The translations under genes and the position numbers were made by a program. From Nanobdellota archaeon (lineage in GTDB: Archaea > Nanobdellota > Nanobdellia > Pacearchaeales > GW2011-AR1), in assembly GCA_027334715.1 (NCBI GenBank), contig DAHWUG010000001.1, positions 107,158 to 171,157 on the forward strand: DNA of 64,000 nucleotides, read 5' to 3'. Below are positions 46,835 through 55,869 of the stretch, piece by piece; position 1 is the first letter of the stretch, and every line of letters begins with the position of its first letter. The notes below the pieces were generated by a model. It saw only the letters and a list, made by a program, of their open reading frames with translations. It did not search any database and had not been told where the DNA came from.

Positions 46835-47398
46835 TTATTTCTTTCCACTAAAAAACAATCCAGCCAAACCAAAGACAAAAAGAATCAATCCAATCAAGCC
46901 CTGACTTGTCCCTGTCAAATTTCCGATTGCATTTCCAGTCGGAGTTATTGAAGTTAATCCAAGAGCGATTCCTGCAAAGACAGAGCCAAGAAAGGCTAAC
47001 TCTCTACCTGTTGCAATCTCGAGACCGCCGGCATGTCGTTGCCTTTCTCTTTCACTTTTTTTGATGAGCATTTTTACATAGACTAAGTCGCGACTATCAA
47101 TGGTATAACCTGATTTATGCCATTTTTCTAACTTACTTATCAGTTTTGGAATAACTTTTCCTCCTTTACCTAATTTAGTGTACAATCTAGCACCAGTTAT
47201 TATGTCCCTTGGTTCTGACCACTCACTATTCATTAACCCATAAGCGATTGCTTGAATTTCTTCCCTATGATCACTAATCTCTTTACCTGTTACCTTTTTC
47301 TCACCTTCTTCATCCCATGAAAAAGGATGATATATATCATTGGAATTATGCTGTACATGTTTATTTACATAGTCTTCATCAAAATACTGTCTTGACAT
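46835..47398 (-). CDS. hypothetical protein with C-terminal TM-hairpin anchor (TGNAIGNL loop)
   Basis: 187 aa. The soluble N-terminal part is unrecognised. The C-terminus has two TM helices flanking ITPTGNAIGNL. Confidence 0.4.
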   Translation of the reverse strand: MSRQYFDEDYVNKHVQHNSNDIYHPFSWDEEGEKKVTGKEISDHREEIQAIAYGLMNSEWSEPRDIITGARLYTKLGKGGKVIPKLISKLEKWHKSGYTIDSRDLVYVKMLIKKSERERQRHAGGLEIATGRELAFLGSVFAGIALGLTSITPTGNAIGNLTGTSQGLIGLILFVFGLAGLFFSGKK

Positions 47399-47448
47399 GT
47401 CATAATCTAGATTTTTCCTTTTTGAATCTCCTAGAAAGTAATGTGCTT

Positions 47449-47637
47449 TTATCGAACGGCTTTCGTTATTATTTGTTTCTCTTTCTCTTTTATAAACCCC
47501 CTTACCTCCCTAATCTTATATCTCCTTCTTTCCTCTTTTTCATAATCTTCTTTTTCCCTTACCCTTTTTCTGCTTAGCTGTTCATTTTCTTGCCTCAAAT
47601 CTTGTAATCTACTTAAGAATTCATCAGTCTGACCCAT
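47449..47637 (-). CDS. small charged coiled-coil protein
   Basis: 62-aa ORF, highly charged (E/K/R). Confidence 0.3.
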   Translation of the reverse strand: MGQTDEFLSRLQDLRQENEQLSRKRVREKEDYEKEERRRYKIREVRGFIKEKEKQIITKAVR

Positions 47638-47675
47638 CTTTTTATTAATCTTCTTTCCTTTTTAAGCATTATTAT

Positions 47676-48143
47676 TTACTGCTGCCTTTCCTTAAGCCTT
47701 CTGTTCTTGGGTATGAAGTTTCCTATTTTTTCATCAGAAGCTTTTCCTGTTCCAAGGAAATCCTCCTTATGCTTCATGATCAAGAATCCATTGACACCTG
47801 TTTTAATAGGAAGCTCTCTGCCTTTCATCCATTCTTCTGCTTGAGAAGAATTAAGCTCAAATATATTCTTTGTTATTTGCTCTTTGAGAATCTGAGAGCC
47901 TTCAATGCTAAGCCTTATTTTGCCATCAACAAGCTTTGCAAAATAAACACCCATTCTTTCTATGAATGTGCATTTCTCAAGCTTATCAATTTCATTTTCA
48001 TTTAAATTTCCTGAAAAAAGGAAAAGCCTTTCTTCACCGCGCATTATAATCATTCCCGGAATTGTTTTTATTCCAAATTGTTTATCCAATTGTTCTTCTA
48101 TTCTTGCTTTCTCTGTTTTATTTAGTATTTTTATGTAACTCAT
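47676..48143 (-). CDS. PUA-like / RsmF C-terminal-domain-like protein (split from the adjacent methyltransferase)
   Basis: 155 aa. Its ATG overlaps the methyltransferase stop (ATGA). The C-terminal GFLIMKHKEDFLGTGKA...IGNFIPKNRR resembles the C-terminal domain of RsmF/NSUN enzymes. Confidence 0.45.
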   Translation of the reverse strand: MSYIKILNKTEKARIEEQLDKQFGIKTIPGMIIMRGEERLFLFSGNLNENEIDKLEKCTFIERMGVYFAKLVDGKIRLSIEGSQILKEQITKNIFELNSSQAEEWMKGRELPIKTGVNGFLIMKHKEDFLGTGKASDEKIGNFIPKNRRLKERQQ

Positions 48144-49105
48144 TTTATCCTCCTTATTTTTGCAACAAAAAATCCCTCTGTATCATTATCCTGGGGATAA
48201 ATTCTGCAGGAATTTTCAACTTCTTTGCTATAGCTATTGCCATTCCATTCTTTTATGCCTGGCCTGCATTTTATTGGCAAGCTTATTCTTTCTATGCTAA
48301 TGTTTTTACCAAATTCATTTAGAACAAAATCCAAAACTTCCTCATTTTCTTCCGGAGCATGAGTGCATGTGCTGTAAACGACTTCTCCCCCCTGTTTTAG
48401 TATTTCTATTGCAGAAACTAACAGGGATTTCTGGAGCTTTGAAAGCTGAATTATTGTCTTTGGATTCCACATCAAATTGGTTACATTGGAACTTCTTATT
48501 GTTCCTTCTCCAGAACAAGGAGCATCAACAAGAATCCTGTCAAAGAGAAAACCCTGCTCTTTCAGCTTTTTGCAGAGAGAAACACCATCTTTTTTTGTTA
48601 TTATTGCATTCAAGACACCGCATCTTTCTGTATTTGATGCAAGAATCTTCAAGCGGCCTATGCTCACTTCATTTGCAATTATTGTTCCCCTGTTTTCCAT
48701 TTTTGCCCCAATTTGTGTTGTCTTGCTTCCAGGAGCTGCTGCAACGTCAAGAACAAGTTCCCCTGGCTTTGGATTAAGTGCGAGAACAGGAAGCATGCTT
48801 GCAATTTCCTGAACATAATAATATCCGAGAAGATGCTCCAAGCTTCTTCCAAGTTCGCCCGGTTGAAGACTGCTTTTAATAATCATAATCTCCGGAAAAT
48901 TTTTAAATGGCTGAATAATACCCCAACCTTTATTCTCCAGCCTGATTAACAATTCTTCTGGTTTTATTTTTAAGGTATTGCATCTGATTGAATTTACAGG
49001 CTGCTTTTCCAGAATTTTAAGGTAATTATCAAAATCTTTTCCAAGAAGTTTTTTCATACGCTCAAGAAAAAGAGGCTTTGGCGGATAAGTTTTCCTTGAT
49101 GACAT
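48140..49105 (-). CDS. RsmB/NOP2/Sun-family RNA cytosine-C5 methyltransferase
   Basis: 321 aa with a SAM motif (LDVAAAPGSKTT), motif IV (DAPCSGEG) and motif VI (VYSTCT). Confidence 0.85.
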   Translation of the reverse strand: MSSRKTYPPKPLFLERMKKLLGKDFDNYLKILEKQPVNSIRCNTLKIKPEELLIRLENKGWGIIQPFKNFPEIMIIKSSLQPGELGRSLEHLLGYYYVQEIASMLPVLALNPKPGELVLDVAAAPGSKTTQIGAKMENRGTIIANEVSIGRLKILASNTERCGVLNAIITKKDGVSLCKKLKEQGFLFDRILVDAPCSGEGTIRSSNVTNLMWNPKTIIQLSKLQKSLLVSAIEILKQGGEVVYSTCTHAPEENEEVLDFVLNEFGKNISIERISLPIKCRPGIKEWNGNSYSKEVENSCRIYPQDNDTEGFFVAKIRRIK

Positions 49106-49129
49106 TATTTTAATAAGAAAGAGGCTGTT

Positions 49130-49909
49130 TTAATTGTTTTTGTAATTTTTTTCATACAGCAATCCGATAAAAATCATAAACAAAGACACAAAAAACACCA
49201 ATGCCCCGATAATGTTTGACTGAAAATAGCTTAAATTGCTGATTGCTTTTCCTGTTATACCTGCAGAACTTATAATTATTGAAATTAAGATTCCTGATGC
49301 ACCTAGAATAATCGGAATTTCACCCATTGATGACCTTTCACTGACAGTTTTTTCAAGTTCGCCCGGTTTTTCTAAATCTCTTAGCATTCCCCTCACATTT
49401 ATCAATTCTCTTTCTAATTCAACAACTTTTGCATCCCTTTCTTTCATGCCTTCCTGGAGTTCTCCTTTGTATTTTTCTAAAATATCTACCCTTTCTTTGT
49501 AATCCGTACTTTCATCTTTGAGCTTAGCTATTTCCCTTTTTGTAAGATATCCCGACAAGCCAGAGATTGCATATTTTCCAGCACCATAAGCTGCCCCAAG
49601 AAAAGTTCCAGCAGCAACAGGATGCTCATGCACTTTGCCCACTAATGTTCTTAAAAAATTTCTTCTTGTCACATGCTTTTGTTCTTCCTGTTTTTCAGGC
49701 TCTTTTCTAAAAGGGTTTAATCTTCCCAGCTTTTCTTCAAAATCATTAGCTTTTTCATAGCCTTTTTCTATGGTATCTGCAACAGGTTTTATGGTATTGT
49801 TATAGATTTCTCCAGCCAAGTGGCCCATAGTTCCCCATAAAGCTGCGCCTATGCCAACTCTTGTGCCATACTTTATTGCTTCTCTTCTTGTATAATCTTT
49901 TGAAGGCAT
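49130..49909 (-). CDS. membrane-anchored coiled-coil protein with Tat-like N-terminus and TM-hairpin anchor (TGKAISNL loop)
   Basis: The track start at 49924 is TTG; the ATG at 49909 lies 1 nt after the polB stop. YTRREAIKYGTRVGIGAALWG resembles a twin-arginine signal. Confidence 0.45.
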   Translation of the reverse strand: MPSKDYTRREAIKYGTRVGIGAALWGTMGHLAGEIYNNTIKPVADTIEKGYEKANDFEEKLGRLNPFRKEPEKQEEQKHVTRRNFLRTLVGKVHEHPVAAGTFLGAAYGAGKYAISGLSGYLTKREIAKLKDESTDYKERVDILEKYKGELQEGMKERDAKVVELERELINVRGMLRDLEKPGELEKTVSERSSMGEIPIILGASGILISIIISSAGITGKAISNLSYFQSNIIGALVFFVSLFMIFIGLLYEKNYKNN

Positions 49910-49910
49910 T

Positions 49911-52900
49911 TTAAAAATCTCCAAGCTTTGTCTGCTTTTTTCCTGTAATCATTTCGTGGATATTTATGTTGAAGACCTGAAGAATATTTTCAACTGCAGG
50001 CAGAATTTGCTTGTTCAAATAATATTCAATATTGTATTCCCCCTTTTCATCAGGAAGCTTTACTTTTTCACGAACTAATTTCTTTTTTTCTCTTGTCTCT
50101 GCTATGAAATATTCAATAAGATTGCCACTGCCTATCGGAATTTCTTTTTCCCGCATTTTTTGCGCTGCAATTACATGAGGAGAAATTGCCTTATACTCTG
50201 CCAATGGCTTTTGCAGCATCGTCTTGATTATAATTTCCTCTCTCTGCACCTTTCTTTGTTTCAAGTCCTGAATAACTTTTTTTATGAAATTTAAAGCCCT
50301 TTGTTCATTTCCGTCCTGCAAAACCATGCGAATAACCTCATTCTGCGTTTTTCTTGCAAGCTGGCACCAGTCGCGCCTTACCGTTTCGAAACCACGGATT
50401 TTTAGTTTGTTATCTTTTCCAAGAAGAGCATATTTCTTTTTTGCCCCTAAACCACCTGCTCTTTTTGTTACCCACAAACCCCTAGTGAAGAAACCTTCAA
50501 GCTCAAGATCCATTATTCCAGGAAGTTCTGAATTAAGCCTTTCAAGAAGTTTTTTTGCCTGCTCTTCTGTATGATTTTCAAGAAGGAAAGCTATGCTGTC
50601 TGTGTTGTGAACTAAAACATAATTAGCAAAAAATCTATGGTTATCTTCTACTTCTATATCATAAACATATCCCCTATTATTTATCTCTTCAATTTTTTTA
50701 ACCCCCTGTAAATCAAATTCGAAACCACTTATAGATTTTTTTCTATAACTCTTGGTTTTTATTTGAGATAACTTATTTTTTCTGTCTAAAACAAAGCCAA
50801 TTTTCTTACAAAATGACACTTTATCCTTAATAATCAGATTTATGGAATTACTTCCTGAAGAGTATACCTTTCCTTTAGACTTATACCTGTTATCAGAGTT
50901 TTCCCTAAATGTAGAATTGGATATCCCCAATTTAAACAATAATTTTCTAACTTCTTTAACATACTTTTCATTGATAGAAGTATATTTTATAATTGGAGTA
51001 TTATTTCTCATCATCACGGTTCCGTCAGCAGAAAATAACCCCCTCAAGAAAGAACCAACATTCTCCTCTTTATCATAGAATAACCACCCAGGTATGGATT
51101 TTTTGGAGCTATCATCCACAAACTCCTTTGATATAATATTAACAATTTTTAAGCCATTAGTGGTTATATCCCCTTTTCTTGTTTTGCTCAACCAATAGTT
51201 CTTAATATACCCCATTTTCTGCAGTGGTTTGATTAATTTCTTTATTAATTCTTCTTTATCTGATCCAAGAGAAAGACGCAAGTAATAATCTTTTTTATAT
51301 TTTTGATAAAACCTGTTTCTCATAAAACTTCCATCTCCAATAAAATATCCTGCAAATTCATAAACTTCTTTAGGGTAATTTTTAGATTTTTGAGAATTAA
51401 CTGGAATGTTCTTTAAAGAAATAATGCTATTTGCCCTCTTCTTTATCTCTTCTGGTTTTATTTCAATAAGCCTATTCATAGGATTAGTTTTATTATTCTT
51501 TGATTGATTAAAATTTACTGCTTGATAACCAATTAATGAATGATCTTCAGTGACATCAATATGCCAATTATTAGTAAAGTGAACCCTAAACATCCTTTTA
51601 TTAGACTTATGACGCATGACATATTTTATTGGGCTAAATACTGATTTACCCTTAGCATCAATTGTTAAAACTTCAGCGTCTTTTATGAGATTATACTCTT
51701 TATCAACTCTTTTATTATAAATTTTCTTAAAAAGATTTTCTATATTCTCTTCATAAACCTGATTATCTTTTCTTAATATTACCTTTGTATCCCCGCTAAC
51801 GCTATCAGAGTATATTACTTTGTAGCCGCTCTTGTCTATTTTCTCTATTGAATCCCTTATTGATTTTCTTGCAAAGGCAGCTGTTGCAGCAGCAGCTTCT
51901 CTTGAATAATATCTTGCCCCGAAAAATCCCTGATATCCATAGGAAGCGTTTGCCAAGAGCTTGAATGCATTGCTTCTTGCACGCTTGATTACATCTGGCT
52001 TTTTTTTCAGCTCTTCCTTGAACTTTTTCCTCTTTTCAATTATTTCCTTAAGCATTTCCGGGAAAAATCCGGGCTTTTTTGTAAAGGAAACTTTTTTACC
52101 CTGTATTTCTATGCTGTAAGAATTTTTATCGTCCTTTTCTTTTTCAAGGAATGTAGACTTTGACAGATTAAAAGTTACTATAGTGCTTCCATAGCTGGAT
52201 GTGAAATCGAAAACAGAGATATTTTCATACAATCCGGGAGTTGGCTCAAAAACAAATGCACCTTCATACTTTTCCTTACTTCTTCTCTCCCCTATTTCAT
52301 CATTTGTCGGCCTTTTTTCAGGTATCTCATTGAATTTTTCAAGATTGTGCAGGATAAAAGATTCCACATTTTTTGACATTCCGTTTCTTGTCACTTCTGA
52401 TGTTGGCTCGTGCATTACTCTGCTGAATTCAAGAATATCTGGCCACATTTTTTCAAATAGTTCATAAACAAGAACAGAATCATGAAGGTTGTATTCAAAA
52501 TAACTTTCCCAGTTTGAATCAGTGAGTTTTGAGGAATGCTGATGCTTGAACTGCTTTTTTTCATCGCCAAGAAATTCATGAGCAACCTCATTTAAGGATA
52601 AAGTTTCTGACTGCATGTACTGGGAGTAAGCTGTTCTTATGAATTTCAATAAATCAACATGAACAATTCCCTTTGTTTTTGCGGAAATTTCAAATCCACG
52701 AGAAAAACGGGGTTGTGTTGAATCAAGACCAATTGAAAGCCTTATATTATTCTTCTCTGCGCGCATTTTCATATACGGAAGGTCAAAGCCATCTGAGAAA
52801 TATCCAACAAGGAAATCAGGAGAAAGCTTTTTTACATATTCAAGGAATTTTTCTATCAAATCAGCCTCATCCTTTACATATTCAAGAAAATCAAGATTTT

Positions 52901-53582
52901 TTTCACTGGTTTTTGGCTTTTTCCATGTGATGACTTTTTTGAAATTGTCTGAAACAAGGGAAACCATCAAAATTTCCCCCTCTCCAAGCTTTATGTCATC
53001 TGTTTCAATGTCATATGCCATTACCTTTGGCTTGAATTCAATTTCATCCTCAATTTTTTTTGTGGAATCAATCTTAATGCAGAAATCAACATCAAGATTT
53101 GAATCAACACCACCAAAATCCATGGAATTGTTCAGAACTTCTCCTGAAATTTTGTACCACTGCAATGGATTTATCTTTTTCTCAATTATGTAGTGTGTGT
53201 CAAAACCAAGATCATAACCTCTTCTGCACTGTATTTCCGGAAAATCAAGCCTGTCTGCAACATCATGAAGATCTTTGTAGTTTGTGGCAAAAATTTTGAG
53301 TGCTTTTACCTTTTTGTCAAGGAAGTTTTTTTCATGCAATTCAACGCCTTCCACCTTTGTTTTTCTGCCTTTAAGGTCAAGCTCAATATCCTTTATCTTT
53401 TCAATAAGCCTGTTTATCTTTTCAGAGCTAACTCCTTCCTTGATGATTGCCCAAAGATAAACAGGGCAAGTGTCAATAAGGCAAATTCTCTGGTTTTTGC
53501 TGTTTCTTCCGAAGATTTTGATATAATTCCTGTCTTCAAAGTCAAAATGGTCATAGTCTACTGGAATAAAATCTGTTTCCAT
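49911..53582 (-). CDS. polB: family B DNA polymerase (PolB), interrupted by an intein
   Basis: 1223 aa. It has an Exo I motif (AYDIETD), Exo II (YFSDGFDLPY), Pol motif A (VFDFTSSYGS), motif B (KLLANASYGY) and motif C (YSD|TDS), which is split by the intein. The extein is 823 aa. Confidence 0.95.
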   Translation of the reverse strand: METDFIPVDYDHFDFEDRNYIKIFGRNSKNQRICLIDTCPVYLWAIIKEGVSSEKINRLIEKIKDIELDLKGRKTKVEGVELHEKNFLDKKVKALKIFATNYKDLHDVADRLDFPEIQCRRGYDLGFDTHYIIEKKINPLQWYKISGEVLNNSMDFGGVDSNLDVDFCIKIDSTKKIEDEIEFKPKVMAYDIETDDIKLGEGEILMVSLVSDNFKKVITWKKPKTSEKNLDFLEYVKDEADLIEKFLEYVKKLSPDFLVGYFSDGFDLPYMKMRAEKNNIRLSIGLDSTQPRFSRGFEISAKTKGIVHVDLLKFIRTAYSQYMQSETLSLNEVAHEFLGDEKKQFKHQHSSKLTDSNWESYFEYNLHDSVLVYELFEKMWPDILEFSRVMHEPTSEVTRNGMSKNVESFILHNLEKFNEIPEKRPTNDEIGERRSKEKYEGAFVFEPTPGLYENISVFDFTSSYGSTIVTFNLSKSTFLEKEKDDKNSYSIEIQGKKVSFTKKPGFFPEMLKEIIEKRKKFKEELKKKPDVIKRARSNAFKLLANASYGYQGFFGARYYSREAAAATAAFARKSIRDSIEKIDKSGYKVIYSDSVSGDTKVILRKDNQVYEENIENLFKKIYNKRVDKEYNLIKDAEVLTIDAKGKSVFSPIKYVMRHKSNKRMFRVHFTNNWHIDVTEDHSLIGYQAVNFNQSKNNKTNPMNRLIEIKPEEIKKRANSIISLKNIPVNSQKSKNYPKEVYEFAGYFIGDGSFMRNRFYQKYKKDYYLRLSLGSDKEELIKKLIKPLQKMGYIKNYWLSKTRKGDITTNGLKIVNIISKEFVDDSSKKSIPGWLFYDKEENVGSFLRGLFSADGTVMMRNNTPIIKYTSINEKYVKEVRKLLFKLGISNSTFRENSDNRYKSKGKVYSSGSNSINLIIKDKVSFCKKIGFVLDRKNKLSQIKTKSYRKKSISGFEFDLQGVKKIEEINNRGYVYDIEVEDNHRFFANYVLVHNTDSIAFLLENHTEEQAKKLLERLNSELPGIMDLELEGFFTRGLWVTKRAGGLGAKKKYALLGKDNKLKIRGFETVRRDWCQLARKTQNEVIRMVLQDGNEQRALNFIKKVIQDLKQRKVQREEIIIKTMLQKPLAEYKAISPHVIAAQKMREKEIPIGSGNLIEYFIAETREKKKLVREKVKLPDEKGEYNIEYYLNKQILPAVENILQVFNINIHEMITGKKQTKLGDF
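50604..51803 (-). mobile_element. 400-aa LAGLIDADG intein in PolB motif C (residues 594-993)
   Basis: The N-junction is VIYSD|SVSGDTKVIL, block B is VTEDHSL, the LAGLIDADG motifs are FAGYFIGDGSF and FLRGLFSADGTV, and the C-junction is YVLVHN|TDSIAF. Coordinates were checked against the DNA codons. Confidence 0.85.
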
Positions 53583-53722
53583 TATCTTAGTAATAGCATT
53601 AGTTATTTAAAGTTTAATGAGCCAAAAAATGGCATTTCAGAAAGAGTCGTTTACAAACGTCCAAGCCGTTTGGAAGAAGGGTTTTTCATAAAGTTTATAT
53701 ATGGTTTTCAAAGAGTAAAAGT

Positions 53723-53995
53723 ATGACATACAGACAGCACAGGCCATTAAATCCTCTTGATGTTTCAAGAGCAAGAATGATTATTAGTGAATACGGCAGA
53801 GCTGACCTCAATTCTCCAAATGCTGATTTAGCCGGTCTAGTTAAATTAAGATATAACAGGATTAGGGGCATTCCCGTGGAAAATCTCTCAACGCAGCAGC
53901 TTTACAGCATAGCTGTCAGACTCCGTAATCAGGCATATACTATAGTAAACCTTGCAAACAAAAATTCTAATTTAGAAAGGAAATTGCTTCCATAA
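53723..53995 (+). CDS. hypothetical protein
   Basis: 90-aa ORF divergent from polB. Confidence 0.35.
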   Translation: MTYRQHRPLNPLDVSRARMIISEYGRADLNSPNADLAGLVKLRYNRIRGIPVENLSTQQLYSIAVRLRNQAYTIVNLANKNSNLERKLLP

Positions 53996-54033
53996 ATAAC
54001 TATTTATATTTATTTTTCTTCTAAATCTATGAA

Positions 54034-55071
54034 ATGGGGCTAAATATTAAAGATATAATTCCAAGAAAAGAGATTGAAATCTCTGACTTAAAAGACAAGC
54101 TTGTTTTTGTAGATGCATACAACATGCTTTATCAGTTTCTTTCAACAATCAGGCAGCCTGATGGAACGCCTTTGATGGATAACAAGCATAGGGTTACTTC
54201 TCATTTATCTGGAATTTTCTACAGAAATACAAACCTGCTTTCAGAAGGGATAAAAATGGTTTATGTATTTGATGGCATTCCTCCTGATTTAAAGGCAGGA
54301 ACAAACAGAACAAGATCTGAGATAAAAGACATTGCCAAATCAAAGTATGAAGAAGCAAAGCAGGAAGAGGACATTGAGGCCATGAGAAGATACAGCTCAC
54401 AGATGGTAAGGCTTAATGATGAAAGGATAAGGGAAAGCAAAGAGCTTCTTGAAGCAATGGGAATTGGAGTTGTCCAGGCTCCGGGAGAGGGAGAAGCAGA
54501 AGCAGCTTTTCTAAGCAGGGTTAAGCCAAGCTATGGAGTTGTAAGCCAGGATTATGACAGCCTCCTTTTCGGCGCAACAAATCTAATTAGAAATCTGGGA
54601 TTAGCAAGAAAGAGGAAAACAATGTCGGGATGGATTGAAATAAAACCGGAGCTTATTGAGCTAAATAGGGTTCTGAATCTCCTTGAAATAAACCTTGACC
54701 AGCTGATATGCATAGGAATCTTGGTTGGTACAGATTACAATCCAAGAGGAATTCCGGGAATAGGACAGAAAAGGGCATTGGAGCTTGTAAAAAAATACAA
54801 GCAGCCTGTTCTGATATTCCAAAGCGTTGAAGAACAGATGATGAGCATGCCTGAAGAAGACAGGTTTGAATGGAGTGAAATCTTTGAACTGTTCCACAAA
54901 CCAAAAACAGTCAATCCAGACATTAAATTCAATAAGGTAAATGAAGATGAAATAAAAAGAATTCTTGTTCATGACCATGATTTTTCAGAAGAAAGGGTTG
55001 ACAAGCAGCTTGAAAAACTGCATGAACTAAAAGAGCAGAAGAAGCAGAAAGCTTTAGGCGATTGGATTTAA
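54034..55071 (+). CDS. fen: flap endonuclease 1
   Basis: 345 aa with an XPG-N segment (VFVDAYNMLYQFL...RQPDGTPL), an XPG-I segment (APGEGEAEAAFL...VVSQDYDSLLFG), an H3TH segment (LVGTDYNP.GIPGIG) and a C-terminal PIP-like LGDWI. Confidence 0.9.
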   Translation: MGLNIKDIIPRKEIEISDLKDKLVFVDAYNMLYQFLSTIRQPDGTPLMDNKHRVTSHLSGIFYRNTNLLSEGIKMVYVFDGIPPDLKAGTNRTRSEIKDIAKSKYEEAKQEEDIEAMRRYSSQMVRLNDERIRESKELLEAMGIGVVQAPGEGEAEAAFLSRVKPSYGVVSQDYDSLLFGATNLIRNLGLARKRKTMSGWIEIKPELIELNRVLNLLEINLDQLICIGILVGTDYNPRGIPGIGQKRALELVKKYKQPVLIFQSVEEQMMSMPEEDRFEWSEIFELFHKPKTVNPDIKFNKVNEDEIKRILVHDHDFSEERVDKQLEKLHELKEQKKQKALGDWI

Positions 55072-55078
55072 ATAACAC

Positions 55079-55846
55079 ATGGCAAAAACAAGAAAAATCT
55101 CAGAAGAAATTCCAAATTTAATAAAAAAAGAAATAAAGTCTTATCAATTTAAAACAAAGATTATAACTTTAATAGCGGTTTTTTTATTATTCTTTTTCTC
55201 ATTGAGCAAGTATCATCTTACTGGAGCATTTATAGGGACAATTAAGGAGGGCTCATTAATTTTCCTTCTTCCTATTATTTCTTTAATTTTATTTATAGTC
55301 GCTTTTCAAAGGGGAAGGCAGAGTATAGAAGATAAAGTTTCAAAAGCGATTACTGGGATGAGTTATAGAAATCCTAAAATGTATCAACGAGTCATTGAAG
55401 ATAAAAAAATAGTAAGGGCAAAATATAATTTACCTCCTTCTAGACTATTATCAGAAGAACCGCGCGAATATATTAGAAAAATAGAAAATTTAGCTGCAGA
55501 AAACGGCATGAGAATTGAAAATCTAAATAGAAACAATTATGGGATAGGAGGAATGGCCAGTAGTGGTGATGAAAGAGTAATCAGAATGACTCCTTATAAA
55601 ATTAAAGATAAAGATTCACTCATAAAATATGGGAGAACACTTACTCATGAATTAGTTCATATGTTTCAGCATGAAAAATATCCCCAGATGCCAGTAGAAA
55701 GGCGGGAATATGAAGCATATTTAGTTTCGGGCACCGACGACCCAGCCAGACTAAAAAAACAAGATGTAAGACAATCCTTATTTAGTCTAATAGATATGTC
55801 AGCTCAATGGTGGCATAAACATCATCAACAGACAAAAAAGGATTAA
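55079..55846 (+). CDS. TM-hairpin-anchored HExxH protein (putative metallopeptidase)
   Basis: 255 aa. The N-terminus has two TM helices flanking HLTGAFIGT, and the C-terminal domain carries LTHELVHMFQHE. Confidence 0.45.
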   Translation: MAKTRKISEEIPNLIKKEIKSYQFKTKIITLIAVFLLFFFSLSKYHLTGAFIGTIKEGSLIFLLPIISLILFIVAFQRGRQSIEDKVSKAITGMSYRNPKMYQRVIEDKKIVRAKYNLPPSRLLSEEPREYIRKIENLAAENGMRIENLNRNNYGIGGMASSGDERVIRMTPYKIKDKDSLIKYGRTLTHELVHMFQHEKYPQMPVERREYEAYLVSGTDDPARLKKQDVRQSLFSLIDMSAQWWHKHHQQTKKD

Positions 55847-55869
55847 TAGATTTATTAGATTAATGAAAT

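Noticed and set aside
53193-53726. A 177-aa plus-strand ORF overlapping the 5' end of polB. Many similar antisense ORFs fall in this class, for example 7370-7744, 8338-8682, 22514-23023, 42209-42604 and 48367-48777.
   Set aside because: All lie antisense within strongly supported genes. Their composition is Leu/Phe/Ser-rich and low in complexity, as expected from the reverse complement of AT-rich coding sequence, and they show no motifs.
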